Of a stretch of DNA of 64,000 bases, positions 1-10,670 are shown in pieces. The first letter of the stretch is position 1; each line of letters begins with the position of its first letter. A program made the position numbers and the translations under genes. The stretch is taken from the NCBI GenBank assembly GCA_963835575.1, contig CAWIGG010000005.1, forward strand, positions 384,001 to 448,000, given 5' to 3'. Source of the DNA: an uncultured Spirochaetota bacterium (GTDB taxonomy: Bacteria; Spirochaetota; Brevinematia; Brevinematales; JAOACQ01). Below the pieces are notes generated by a model. The model saw only the letters and a list, made by a program, of their open reading frames with translations, ran no database searches and was not told the origin of the DNA.

Positions 1-467
1 GTGTTTTCCTGGATATCGAATTTCGTGAATGCCTTGAATATTTTATAAAAGAAGGACGCCGTAATTTTTTTAATCCAGGTTTCCCCCTTCCTTTTGATTC
101 TCCTGGCCGTCACAACCTCAAAGCCTTCCTTCCATTTCCGGAAAAGCTCCGGGATCAACTCAGGCGGATCCTGCAGGTCGGCGTCGATCGGAATGACAGC
201 CCTGCCGTAAGCGAAATCGATGCCCGCGCTTAAAGCGATCTCCTTCCCGAAATTACGGGACAGGTCGATGACCTTGACCCTTTTGTCTTTTTTATTCAGA
301 GCGGCCAGCTGCTCTAATGTATTGTCCTTACTGCCGTCATTAACGCAGATGATCTCATAGCCGGCGCCGAGCTTTTTTAAAACCGCGGAGACTTTATGAT
401 AAAACTCGGCGATATTCTCCGATTCATTGTACATCGGAACAACGATGGATAGTGTGATATCAGCCAT
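1..467 (-). CDS. Glycosyltransferase family 2, GtrB/polyprenol-phosphate glycosyltransferase-like (3' part outside window)
   Basis: Manual translation MADITLSIVVPMYNESENI..ICVNDGSKDNT..DLSRNFGKEIALSAG..IDADLQDPPELI; GGAGG upstream of ATG at 467. Confidence 0.9.
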   Translation of the reverse strand, partial: MADITLSIVVPMYNESENIAEFYHKVSAVLKKLGAGYEIICVNDGSKDNTLEQLAALNKKDKRVKVIDLSRNFGKEIALSAGIDFAYGRAVIPIDADLQDPPELIPELFRKWKEGFEVVTARRIKRKGETWIKKITASFFYKIFKAFTKFDIQEN

Positions 468-508
468 GACATCCTCCGATTATTTTACTGCCTGGGAATA
501 CGGGTTGA

Positions 509-1110
509 AACCACAGATTTCACTGATTTCACAGATATTTTCAAATAATCTGTGGTGATTACAGCCGAGCTCATCTATTTAGAATTATGGAATATATTTC
601 CTCTGCAGGGTTTTCATTCCAGGAATAAGATCCATATCAATATACAAACCGTTTAAATTTCAATGAGCTTTCTCCAAAGTTAATCAATAAACCAACTTTC
701 TTTCCTGAGTTCTTCAGACTGTTTATGATTTGAGCTTCATCCTCTTTCGTCAAACATCTTTCGGCTTTGATTTCAACAATAATCTCATCATAGACAATAA
801 AATCGGGAATGTAATACTTCTTCAATTCAACGCCTTTATAGAAAACCTTAAGCAAAGGTTGAGATTCGTATAATATATCTCTCTGTCTGAATTCAATTTC
901 AAGGCATTCCTGATATATCGCTTCCAGAAAACCTGAGCCCATTTCATTATGAACTTCAATTGCCGCACCAATAATTTCATATGTTCGCGGATCGTTCTTC
1001 GTTTCTTTTTCCATAATCTTAATTATAACATGATTACACTGATACTTTCAAAATTATAATCTGTGTCATAGTTCGGCAAGCTCACCACGGCGTCTGTGAA
1101 ATCTGTGGTT
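509..1110. mobile_element. Putative GxxExxY-nuclease element bounded by 9-nt-periodic inverted repeats
   Basis: AACCACAGATTTCACTGA (509-526) and TCTGTGAAATCTGTGGTT (1093-1110) are 17/18 inverted; each flank also forms a local hairpin. Confidence 0.6.
637..1014 (-). CDS. GxxExxY protein (PD-(D/E)xK nuclease superfamily)
   Basis: GFLEAIY motif, PDFIVYDEIIVEIK, C-terminal GLLINFG; 125 aa. Confidence 0.93.
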   Translation of the reverse strand: MEKETKNDPRTYEIIGAAIEVHNEMGSGFLEAIYQECLEIEFRQRDILYESQPLLKVFYKGVELKKYYIPDFIVYDEIIVEIKAERCLTKEDEAQIINSLKNSGKKVGLLINFGESSLKFKRFVY

Positions 1111-1133
1111 CCTTTCCGTCGTTCCTTGTCAAC

Positions 1134-2156
1134 TTACCATTTCGACTCATGCTCCTCTGTAAACCCGGCTGAGGACTTAATAGTATAGGTATTTTTACCG
1201 TCGCTGAGCGTCCCTGTAAAACTGCCGAAAAGCTGGTGGAAATAACTGGCTATCAGGCCGAGATTGAGGTTCGACGCCCTTTCGCCTTCCGGATGGAATG
1301 TCAGTTTCACCCTTCCGTCGCTTGAAACAATCCGCCATGGCGAAAGGATATGAAGGTCATCATAAATAAAATTGACCAGATCGATCTTTACCATTCTGCC
1401 GTTTATCCAGAACGCGTTCTCGCTGAACCCTGTCTCATTGATGCCCAGCGAGAAATTAAAGCCGATCGTTTTCCCCGCCTTATCCATGCCCGATCCGGAA
1501 GCCCAGTTCCAGAAGGTCATATGTCCGGGATAGCCGACGGTATAATCGATCACCCCCGCCGGGCTGCCGGTTTTTATTTCATACCTTTTTCCCTTCAAAG
1601 CAATAGCACCTCCGACGCCCAGGCCCGCTTCCTTGATCGTATAATTAAAGCCATGCAGTCCTTCCCTTGTCGCGAGGCAGAGCGGATTGGAAGCCCGCTT
1701 GAAACTGAGATCAACGTTTAATTCCCTGTTAATTGAAGCGATCAGACTGCTGTAACCGGTTTGATTATCGATTTTTATCGACAGGTCTTTACCTTTACAG
1801 CCGGTCTGTCCATGAACAGGACTCCCCCTGAAATAGGTTTTGTAACCGAAGGGACGGATAAAATTATATTCCTTCATTTTCTTTTCTTTCCTGTCAAAAA
1901 CATACGCGAAAATATTGCTGAGATAACCCAGGTGAACGACGGCGATCCCGAAGATCACCTCTTCATTACAGACGCCCATATATTCCCAGCGTTTCAGCTT
2001 GAGGGATTTATAAAGTTTTTTCTTGAAATTTGTCAGCTTGGGCATGGAGAGGGGACGGAAATCTTTGATGTTGATCTGCTGGAACGGACGGCTGTGAAGC
2101 CCGAGGTTCGGCCTGCCGTCCCGGCCGATAAGCCTGGTCAAATCATTTTTTTCCAT
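1134..2156 (-). CDS. DUF2804-family protein
   Basis: LKRWEY, WNWAS, ENAFWING, PWRI, FHQLFGSFTG, GFTEEHESKW pattern. Confidence 0.75.
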   Translation of the reverse strand: MEKNDLTRLIGRDGRPNLGLHSRPFQQINIKDFRPLSMPKLTNFKKKLYKSLKLKRWEYMGVCNEEVIFGIAVVHLGYLSNIFAYVFDRKEKKMKEYNFIRPFGYKTYFRGSPVHGQTGCKGKDLSIKIDNQTGYSSLIASINRELNVDLSFKRASNPLCLATREGLHGFNYTIKEAGLGVGGAIALKGKRYEIKTGSPAGVIDYTVGYPGHMTFWNWASGSGMDKAGKTIGFNFSLGINETGFSENAFWINGRMVKIDLVNFIYDDLHILSPWRIVSSDGRVKLTFHPEGERASNLNLGLIASYFHQLFGSFTGTLSDGKNTYTIKSSAGFTEEHESKW

Positions 2157-2436
2157 TGTTTAAATGCCTCCCCGTAATCTTTCTATAATAAAGCAAAATG
2201 AGAATCTTTTGATTGGATATTTTAGCTGATTACATGATATATTGCAAAAGAGACTATGTTAATATATCCCGAAAGATTATTATCCGTTTCAAAATTATCC
2301 GGTCTTCCATTAAAAGATGCCGTGAGGAACTCGAGCGCCGCCTCTGAAATTTATACTCACTTGAGAAATGGAAAAATGATACCATTCAAAAAGTGCAATA
2401 TATTTTTAAAGATGATATTATCTAAGAGGGCGGATT

Positions 2437-3204
2437 ATGCAGAAATATTCCGAAATAAAAAGCGGCGGTTTGACTTTAAGGGGTATGGTCCATATCCCCG
2501 AAACGGGAAAGAAGCTTCATCCTTTCGCCGTCATGTACCATGGCTTTACTGGCAACAGGCTTGAAGCCCAGGGTAATTTTGTCCGGCTTTCCCAAGAACT
2601 TGAAGCCCTCGGCATCGGCAGCGCCCGGTTCGATTTTTCAGGCTCGGGTGAAAGCGGAGGGAAATTTGAGGATATGACGGCCTCGGGAGAGATTGCCGAG
2701 GCGAAAATGATTTTTGATTTCGTCAGAAACTCGGATTTTGCGGATAATAATAATTTAATTATTCTGGGAATGAGCATGGGCGGCTTGATCTCAAGCCTGA
2801 TAGCCTATGAATTGCCGGGTCTTAAATCGATGGTATTATGGGCGCCGGCGGGGAATATGAAGAATATTATTGATCTGCTGATAAAAGTGAATCCGCATTA
2901 CGGTGACAACATCGAAACCAACGGGGTTCTTTTTAATAAAAAACTTCTGGACGATCTGAAAAAATACGACCCGTTCGCGGCGGCCAAAAAATTTTCCGGC
3001 AATGTGCTGATCGTCCACGGTACAAGGGATACGGCCGTACCGCTTAAAGTGCCCCGGCAATACCGGGAAAGCTTTCCCGGAAAATGTTCTTTAGTCGAAA
3101 TCCGGGACGCCGATCATACTTTCTCGAAATTGATATGGAAAAATAAGCTCATAGAAACGACAAAAGAATTTTTATTGAAGGAATTGCGTTCAGAAAACAC
3201 TTGA
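2437..3204 (+). CDS. Alpha/beta hydrolase
   Basis: HGFTG, RFDFSGSGES, GMSMGG nucleophile elbow, HGTRD, ADH. Confidence 0.9.
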   Translation: MQKYSEIKSGGLTLRGMVHIPETGKKLHPFAVMYHGFTGNRLEAQGNFVRLSQELEALGIGSARFDFSGSGESGGKFEDMTASGEIAEAKMIFDFVRNSDFADNNNLIILGMSMGGLISSLIAYELPGLKSMVLWAPAGNMKNIIDLLIKVNPHYGDNIETNGVLFNKKLLDDLKKYDPFAAAKKFSGNVLIVHGTRDTAVPLKVPRQYRESFPGKCSLVEIRDADHTFSKLIWKNKLIETTKEFLLKELRSENT

Positions 3205-3266
3205 AAAGTCATGAACGTTTTATTTCAGACTTAAAGAAGATATCTGAGAAATAATTCTTCCATTTT

Positions 3267-4365
3267 CTATTTATAAGTCTGGACGCTGATCAAACTGCCG
3301 TTTGTCATACCCTGATAAGCTATAAAGGGCTGGCCGGTGGACGGGTTTGACATCCATCGACAGGTTCATTCCCTGGTCAAGGTCGCTCCCGATCTGGTTC
3401 CAAACTGTTCCGTTATAGGAAAAAACCCGGATATACTGCATCGAATCCATGGTGCATGCGGCGTATATCGCATTGTTCCCGGCAGCAATGGCGGGACTGC
3501 CCACCATGTTCGCGTTCGTATTGGTAATATACCCCAGATAATTCGTGCTGACTCCATCATAACTGTATGTCTGCAGTGCGAATTCGCTTCCCCTCTTGAA
3601 AACGATGTAAGCCTTGCCGTTATTCACGGTCATCGCGAATTGAGACGCGTTTGGATCAATCAATATACCGGCGTCAATTGCAACTGAATCATAGCTGATG
3701 CCGCTTTTTATATAAAGAGAATTGCCTTTCAAGTAAGCAAGATAAATCCTGCTTCCGGCATTTTTAACAACAGCTTTAGTAATACTTCCGCCGCTGTCAA
3801 AATTGGAGGAACTGATACTCAGAGTTGACAAATTAATTTCATATATAGTACCATAGCTGCCGTTGATATAGGCTGCTAAATTCATCGTACTTGATAATAT
3901 ATCCATTGAAGGCGCAATGACACCTGAAGCCCCCAGGTTTGTTAAAGTATTCCAGCTTGAGGAATAATTAAGCAGCGTACCATAATTATCTGAACCCATA
4001 AAATAAGGTGTGGAACCATTATAAAGCGCAAAGGCAACCTCATTTACTCCGATAGGATAACTTATTTCAATCCAGGTGCTCCCACTAAACTGACATAGGT
4101 ATAAATAGGTCGGAGCGTATAAATAAGCAACTATGGGTTTTCCATCAGACATCACTTTTATTTGCGGCGTTCCTATGGATGATGAAAACCCTGCATTGCC
4201 GACAAATTGCCATGATTGAATGTTGCCGCCCTCTCACCCGCCGCCGCTGCTTTGTCCTTTCGCCACAATATTCTGGTAGTACTGCGGCGGGAATAAAAGA
4301 TCGCAGGCGGAAAAAGATAAAATAAATAAAAACATCAAAGCAAAGCTGTATCCCGGCATTTTCAT
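3267..4365 (-). pseudogene. Frameshifted beta-propeller-like lipoprotein
   Basis: RBS and ATG at 4365 with lipobox-like FSAC; frame breaks near 4235-4265 and ~3347; main ORF 3271..4155 has WQFVG/WNQIG-type repeats. Confidence 0.6.
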
Positions 4366-4502
4366 GCGTTCCTCCTTCTATAATATCAGCACTTGGATCA
4401 TAAATGCTGTCCGCAGGACAATCAAATTATATTTTTTCTGCCGGTATTAATTTTTATTAATATTAGCTCTAAACAGACAATTGTCAATAGTGAAAAGTTT
4501 TT

Positions 4503-5472
4503 TCATAAAGACAGCGTGATCTCCTTTTTTTCAAGTATGACAGCGATCCCGCTGAGAACTCCCAGAAGTAAAACAATCTGAATGGCCACGATCCACCAGG
4601 GCGCGTTAGAGTACCAGAAGCTGTTGTCCGGAAACACCATAAAGCCCAGCAGTATCAGATGCAGGACATAAAGGAGGAGCGGGTTTTTGCCCCAGCTTGA
4701 AAGAATATTTTCCTTTATTTTAAAAACCAACTCCAGAAGATAAAAGCCGTAAAACACAAGCGCCGAGATACCGAGGCTGACAAGGATATAACTGGATGAG
4801 ACCCTGTTCTTGCTGACCGGGCTGAAGTAAGAAAGAAATATTCCGGCGGCCAGAATCAGAAAAGAAAGCATCAAATACTTTATTTTGTATTTACTTTTTT
4901 CATCCCGGTGAAAAAACCTGCCGAGCGCGGATGCGAAGACCATCATGGACGACCATCCGATGGAACCGAAAAGCCCGCCATGAGGCGAGCGGAGGACAAC
5001 GGAAAGAAAGAATGAATCCAGGAAAAATTGATAGCCGATGAGGATGATGATGCCGCAAATCCACACAGCGAAATCAGGCATCAGCAGGAAGGGAAGCGTG
5101 ATAAGCCCCGCCGTGCCTATCGCCTGCAGGACGCCCCAGTCGAACCCGCTTTTATTCTGCCCTAACAGTGTTTCGCCGGCCGAAAGGATGCAGCCGATCC
5201 CGATGATGGAAAAATTCCTTTTCAGAAAATGGCCGGCCGTTCTGCTCAATCCGTCTCTTATGAGCCTTTTCCGGAATGACAGGCCGTAAGTCAGCCCGAT
5301 CGCGAAGATAAAGGCCGGCGCGATCACATCGATGACGGTCAGACCGATATCCTTCGCGTGCTTTAAATAGGGCGGGGCCCATGATATGCCGGCGATATAG
5401 TTGGCCAGGACCATCAGTACTGATGGTAAAGCCGCGGAAATTATCAATCGAAACAATCCTGTTCTTTTCCAT
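4503..5472 (-). pseudogene. Membrane acyltransferase-like protein (heparan-alpha-glucosaminide N-acetyltransferase/DUF5009-like) with a 5' frameshift
   Basis: N-terminus RIVSIDNFRGFTI joins VLMVLAN after a 1-nt shift near 5421; DVIAPAFIFAIG, GVLQAIG, PVSKNRVSSSY, GKNPL. Confidence 0.75.
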
Positions 5473-6203
5473 GATTAATTATAAATTAAAACCGGCGTTT
5501 GTGAATCCCTTTTTTATTATTCAATAAAATCCGGATTATTCTGCTTTTTGGATCTGCATTTAAAATATTTTTATAAAATACAGGGCTTTAAGAATAAATG
5601 CCTTCCATCCGCTTCGGGTTGTTTTTTTTGACAAAATGATTTTAATTATGTTATATTTAGCATCTCAGTCAAATCGGTTATAAAGGGGGGCTTTTTATGA
5701 AATCCTTTTCTCTCTTCAGTATTTTCTTTTTTATCCTTATTATTTCTCCTCTCTACGCTGATGATGGATCCGCGAACAGGGAAAAAATCCTCAGTTTCGA
5801 CAGCGTCGTCCAGGTGCAGAAAGACGGCAGTCTGGAAGTAACTGAACAGATCACCGTTTACGCAAACGGGGACCAGATCATCCATGGCATCTACCAGGAT
5901 TTTAAAAAAAATCTGCCTCTGGGCTGGGGAATGATAAAAAAAGTAGATTATGATTTTAATACCATCCTGAAAAACGGGCGTGAAGAGCCTTACCACATGG
6001 ACCGTGAGGACTTCGAAATCCGTCTTTACATCGGCAGCCGCGATAAAGAGCTCACACCCGGCGTTTATACTTATATCATCAAATATATAACAGGCCCGGG
6101 CATCCTTTTTAACGATAATTATGACGAACTGTACCTGAATATCACAGGCAATAACTGGAAGTTCCCGATTGAAAGCGCGTCCGCCGCACTTCTCCTGCCG
6201 GCC

Positions 6204-7878
6204 TTGCCTGTCGGTTATTTCATTTTCGAAGTCAAACCAGCCCCTTACAATAAGCGGGCAAATAAAAATTTTGTCAGCTTAGCTGATTTTAATAATAAAT
6301 TTCGAATAATCGATACTCAGACTATACAAAATCCTCTCTATTTTCTCAAATATTGGGCATATTTCATAAAATTATGCGCAAGGGATACCCAGCATAGCTC
6401 CAAATTCACTTTCCGTTGACCTCTGTAAACTGTCTGAACATAACCCTTCTGTGTTTTGATGTTTGAAAATACGTGTTCTTTACCTATCCTGCGGTTGTAT
6501 ATCTTTTGCCCTTCTTCGCTGTAAAGTTTTGTTAAATAAGCATCAATCTTAGACCGATTATTCAATTCAAACTCACTGAAAATTACTGTCTTTTGCTGTG
6601 TTTTCGGTTTGATGTTTTTATAACACTCACTGAAAAATGGACATCTTTCACAGCCCTTCCGTGAATACAAAAATGTATATCTTTGGTTATTTCGATCTAA
6701 ATACCCATTTTCCTTACGGCCGCCCCGGCATCCCAGGATATATTCGTCATCAATCTTTTCCAGTTTAAAGTCTCTTCGCTTCTGTGATTTATCACTGAAA
6801 TCCCGCTCTTTCGTATCCACATAAAGGTCTTTTCCTTCCTCCACCATCCGGATTGTCTCTTCCATGTCCTGAAAACCCGAATCAAAAAGGTATTTGCTAG
6901 CCTTATCAACTTTTAATTCCGCTTTTTTCTGTTCCACCCTCTTTACCATTTCTTCCGTATGCTGTTTTTCCGGTGTTGTGATTGCTTCAAAATCTATAAT
7001 CACATCATTATTACTGACCATCATCGCCGAATTATATCCCTGTATAAACACACTATGCGGATTTCCAGACATCAGCTTGCTTTCGGGATCAGTCAGGTTG
7101 GTGAATTCTTCGTCTGTCTTTTCCCCTCTCTCTACCTGTTTTTTGTATTCATCGATTTGGTTCAAAACACTATCGTAAATCTTTTTCCGCCTTGATACCC
7201 GCTTCTTCTCCGCTTCGTAATAAGGCTGCTCCAGCTTGCCTTCCCGGTAAGATTCTTCCAGTTCCAGGTCTTGTTTCACAATCTTTTCCGCCATCTTCTG
7301 GTAAGTGTCCATCAGCTTCCGGGTATGTTTCTTTCCCACATTCTTATTCTTACTCGCGTAGGCCTTGATCTTTGTGCCGTCACCCACTACCATGTCCCAA
7401 TCTATAGACCCCATTTCGTTGAGTATATATAAAAGCTGGCTGAACAACTCCTCGATCTTTTCCTGAAAAAGTACCTTGAACTCGCAAATTACCGAATGGT
7501 CAATTTTCAGCCGGTTTGAAACATACATAAACCCAATGTGTTTTTTCAGCAAATCTTCTATCTTTCGGCTGATACGATTTCCCGTAATGTAACCGTAGAG
7601 TACCGCACAGATCACATCCCGAGGATTTTTAATCTCTCTGCCTCTATGGTCGTTCTTATAGTAAGCCGCGAAATCCTCCAGTTTAATACGGTTTTTGATG
7701 AATTCTTTTAGTATAAATTCTCTGGAATTCTCATCAAACTGCTCGCCTATATTGATCGCGAGGAACTCACCCTGCTCCAGGCTGTTCTTTTCAAATCTTG
7801 CCATCTTTTTCTCCCGTTTTATTTTAACGGGAACCCTGCCGTATGTCCATGAAGCATGTTATAAAAACCGACAGGCAA
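6204..7878 (-). mobile_element. IS1182-family insertion sequence
   Basis: IRs TTGCCTGTCGGTT / AACCGACAGGCAA; GGCC duplicated at 6200-6203 and 7879-7882. Confidence 0.9.
6338..7804 (-). CDS. IS1182-family DDE transposase
   Basis: SRKIE..DHSVI, DGTKIKAYAS, TDPES, QGYN, DSGF, C..C zinc motif, EHVFSNIK, AHN. Confidence 0.9.
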   Translation of the reverse strand: MARFEKNSLEQGEFLAINIGEQFDENSREFILKEFIKNRIKLEDFAAYYKNDHRGREIKNPRDVICAVLYGYITGNRISRKIEDLLKKHIGFMYVSNRLKIDHSVICEFKVLFQEKIEELFSQLLYILNEMGSIDWDMVVGDGTKIKAYASKNKNVGKKHTRKLMDTYQKMAEKIVKQDLELEESYREGKLEQPYYEAEKKRVSRRKKIYDSVLNQIDEYKKQVERGEKTDEEFTNLTDPESKLMSGNPHSVFIQGYNSAMMVSNNDVIIDFEAITTPEKQHTEEMVKRVEQKKAELKVDKASKYLFDSGFQDMEETIRMVEEGKDLYVDTKERDFSDKSQKRRDFKLEKIDDEYILGCRGGRKENGYLDRNNQRYTFLYSRKGCERCPFFSECYKNIKPKTQQKTVIFSEFELNNRSKIDAYLTKLYSEEGQKIYNRRIGKEHVFSNIKTQKGYVQTVYRGQRKVNLELCWVSLAHNFMKYAQYLRK

Positions 7879-9391
7879 GGCCGGCATGAAAAAACTCCTT
7901 CTTCTTGAGGCTTACACAGGCGCTTCCGGCGAAAAGGGCGCAGACTGGACCCGGCAGAAAAACAGCGGAGGGTTTATCGTGCTCAAGACAACCCGGGAAT
8001 TATACGAAGGCGAGGGCTTCACAATACTTGCACGGTGGCCGAAAGGCATTATCAGCCGGCCTTCAGGAATGGAATACTGAAAAGAGCTGGCATACGACAA
8101 CAGCGCCCTTTTCAGCATTCTGGCAGGAACAATTGTTGTTTTCATATTTTATCTGCTGGTCTGGCTCGCTGTCGGCATCGACCCCAGGAAGGGGCATATT
8201 ATGCCGCTTTATGAAGCGCCGGACGGTTTGTCGCCGGCGGCGATCCGGTTTATCGAGAAGATGGGTTATGACAATAAATGTTTTGCCAGCGCCATTGTCA
8301 ATCTGGCCGTGAAGGGCTTTATTAAAATTGAAGAGGATGAGCTTTCCGCCGTCACGCTCAAAAAAGTCCCGGACGCGAAAGGGGAGCTTAAACCGGAGGA
8401 AAATCAGATCCTCAAGCGGCTCTTCGGCGGGAAAAAAGAAATGTCTCTCACCCGTTCTTTCTACAGTGAAATAAAGGACGCCCAGTCATCATTCCATACA
8501 TCGCTCCGGCTGAACTACGAAAAGCAGAATTTCAGGACAAACAGTTTTTATCTGATCCCGGGAGTAATCCTGACGCTGGCTGCTGTCGCTTCATGTATTA
8601 CCTTCGGTTTGATGAGCGGGACCATCAACTTTGTCGCCGTATTTCTCGCCGTCTGGCTGACAATCTGGACATTCGGCGTCGTTACCCTGCTCTCAACTGT
8701 TTTCAGCAGCTGGAAAGCCGTTCTGGCCCCGTCAAAAAGAGCATCAAAAATCGTGAGCGCGGCATCCGCCCTGTTTATAACAGTTTTCGCCCTTCCCTTC
8801 ATCGCAGCGGAAATAGCAGCTTCGGTATTTTTTGTCATTTACGGTTCCATCTGGCTTTTGGCCGGAATACTGGTCCTTGTCCTTCTGAATTTTGTGTTTT
8901 ATCATCTGTTAAAAGCCCCGACGCTGGGCGGGCGGAAACTGATGGACAAAATAGAAGGATTTAAGAATTTTCTGCGGATCACGGAAAAGTATTCGCAGAA
9001 TTACATCAACCCGCCGGATAAAAGCCCGAAAGTTTATGAGAAATTCCTGCCCTTCGCGATGGCCCTTGACACGGAAAAGACATGGGGCGCTTTCTTTGCC
9101 GGAGTTCTTGCCGGAGCGGCCGCGGGAACGGCGGCTTACTCGCCGTCCTGGTATCACGGCGGCGGCTGGACTCATTTCAATGCCTCAGATTTTTCATCAA
9201 GCCTCGGCAGTTCCATAGCCGGCGCGATCTCATCCGCCACGGCACCTTCCAGCTCCTCACCGGGCGGAAGCGGCGGAGGCTCGTCGGGAGGCGGCGGAGG
9301 TTCCGGAGGCGGAGGCGGGTGGTAGAAGTGAGGGCAGCACAGCTGCGCTGCGCTGCACACTGCAAGAATGTCCGCCCGGCGGAGGGTAGTC

Positions 9392-9731
9392 GGCCGGAAT
9401 TGTTTTTTTAAATTTTTGCTCGAGACTTTATATAGAGCTTCTTTATATATAACACATACCGCTTTTTGCTCCAGCGGCTTAGGCTGCAGCCATTCGCGGC
9501 CGCATGCGGGTAACTCGCCTGCCTCTTGTAAGCATTTTCAAGAAAATTCTTTATTGTGTCCGCCTTGATTCCTGATATACCGAAAAGAGGCGGGCTCGAA
9601 CATTACCCGCGTTCAAGCCGGCCGCTTATGGGCAGCCCTACGCCGCTTCCGCAAGACGCGGCGAAAATTCTTATCAGAGGCTTTTATATATTGATTGGTT
9701 AAGCAAAAATTTAAAAAAATCAATCCCGGCC
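9392..9731. repeat. ~340-bp nested palindromic element (MITE-like)
   Basis: Terminal imperfect IR GGCCGGAATTGTTTTTTTAAATTTTTGCT / AGCAAAAATTTAAAAAAATCAATCCCGGCC plus internal imperfect IR (~9475-9527 vs ~9585-9646). Confidence 0.65.
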
Positions 9732-9788
9732 TTAACAGGGAGAAACCGCCGGGGGACGAAAATGAAGAGAAAATAAAATAATAAATTT

Positions 9789-10381
9789 TTAATTAATATT
9801 TCTCAAAGGAACGTCTTTATACAATTCCCTGTCGCCTTCCGTGATCAGCGGTATAACCATTGACGGGTCCTTTTTTGAATAGATAATGTCGATATCTTGA
9901 TATTTATGGACCTTCTTATAATCCTCTTCATAAAGGCTTTTTGTGATTTTAATGTGTTTTCCCTTGACAGAATATTCCAGAACAACATTATATATCCCGT
10001 GATTACCCATGGTTTTTATTGAAAAAACTTCCAATGAATAACGATCCAGTACCATCGCGCGCGTGCGGGCGCCGTCTTTCTTCAGCAGGCCGATCTCATT
10101 AAACGTGAAATGCATATAAAATACGAACGGCATAATGAATCCCGGTATGATCATAAAAGGAGCAGCTTTCTCATTTAATGTCTCCTCTTTTGGAGCGGCT
10201 CTATTAAAATGACGGAAGGACTTAAAATCGCCCGTCAACTGGATCAGGAAAAAGAGACAAGAGCCGCGCCGATGAGCGAAATGACAAACGGGGCAATTTT
10301 GTAGACATGGGGAGGTATGACAAAATAAAAATAAACCAGGGTAAAGAACAGGCATATTGCCCAGAACAACCTTCTCAGCAA
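9789..10381 (-). pseudogene. Membrane protein, apparently frameshifted in its 5' part
   Basis: GGAGG then TTG at 10381 (LLRRLFWAICLFFTLVYFYF); two shifts at short homopolymers are needed to reach the 3' ORF. Confidence 0.5.
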
Positions 10382-10425
10382 GTTTCCTCCCGATAAATGA
10401 TATTTTATCTACAGCGTATATATTT

Positions 10426-10478
10426 CCCCTCACCATTTTGTCAGGCTGCACCGGAGAAGCTGACAAAATGGTGAGGGG
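10426..10478. repeat. REP-like hairpin CCCCTCACCATTTTGTCAG..CTGACAAAATGGTGAGGGG
   Basis: 19-bp perfect stem; related copy at 57514-57567. Confidence 0.75.
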
Positions 10479-10670
10479 CTATTATAAAGCTTTTGCTAAA
10501 AAAATCGATTGATTTTTGTTTTAAGCTATCATTATTATAAATTATTTAAAACATTAAATAAATTAACAAAGTATTTTCCGCCAAACATTGACTGCATACT
10601 ATAATCCCATTAAAATTATTTTCAGGCAGATACGAGCAGCTTTTGATTTTAAACCGGGGAGCGTTTTTTT

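Larger units (their letters stand above)
5697..9325 (+). pseudogene. DUF2207-family membrane protein interrupted by an IS1182 element and an in-frame TGA
   Basis: 5697..6203 rejoins 7883 in frame (LLPA|GMKK); TGA at 8078-8080 is in frame with 8201..9325; Gly/Ser tail ending GGGGW. Confidence 0.88.

Noticed and set aside
8078..8080. TGA recoding (Trp/Sec or an alternative genetic code)
   Set aside because: TGA ends many intact genes here, Trp is encoded by TGG, and this gene is already IS-disrupted.
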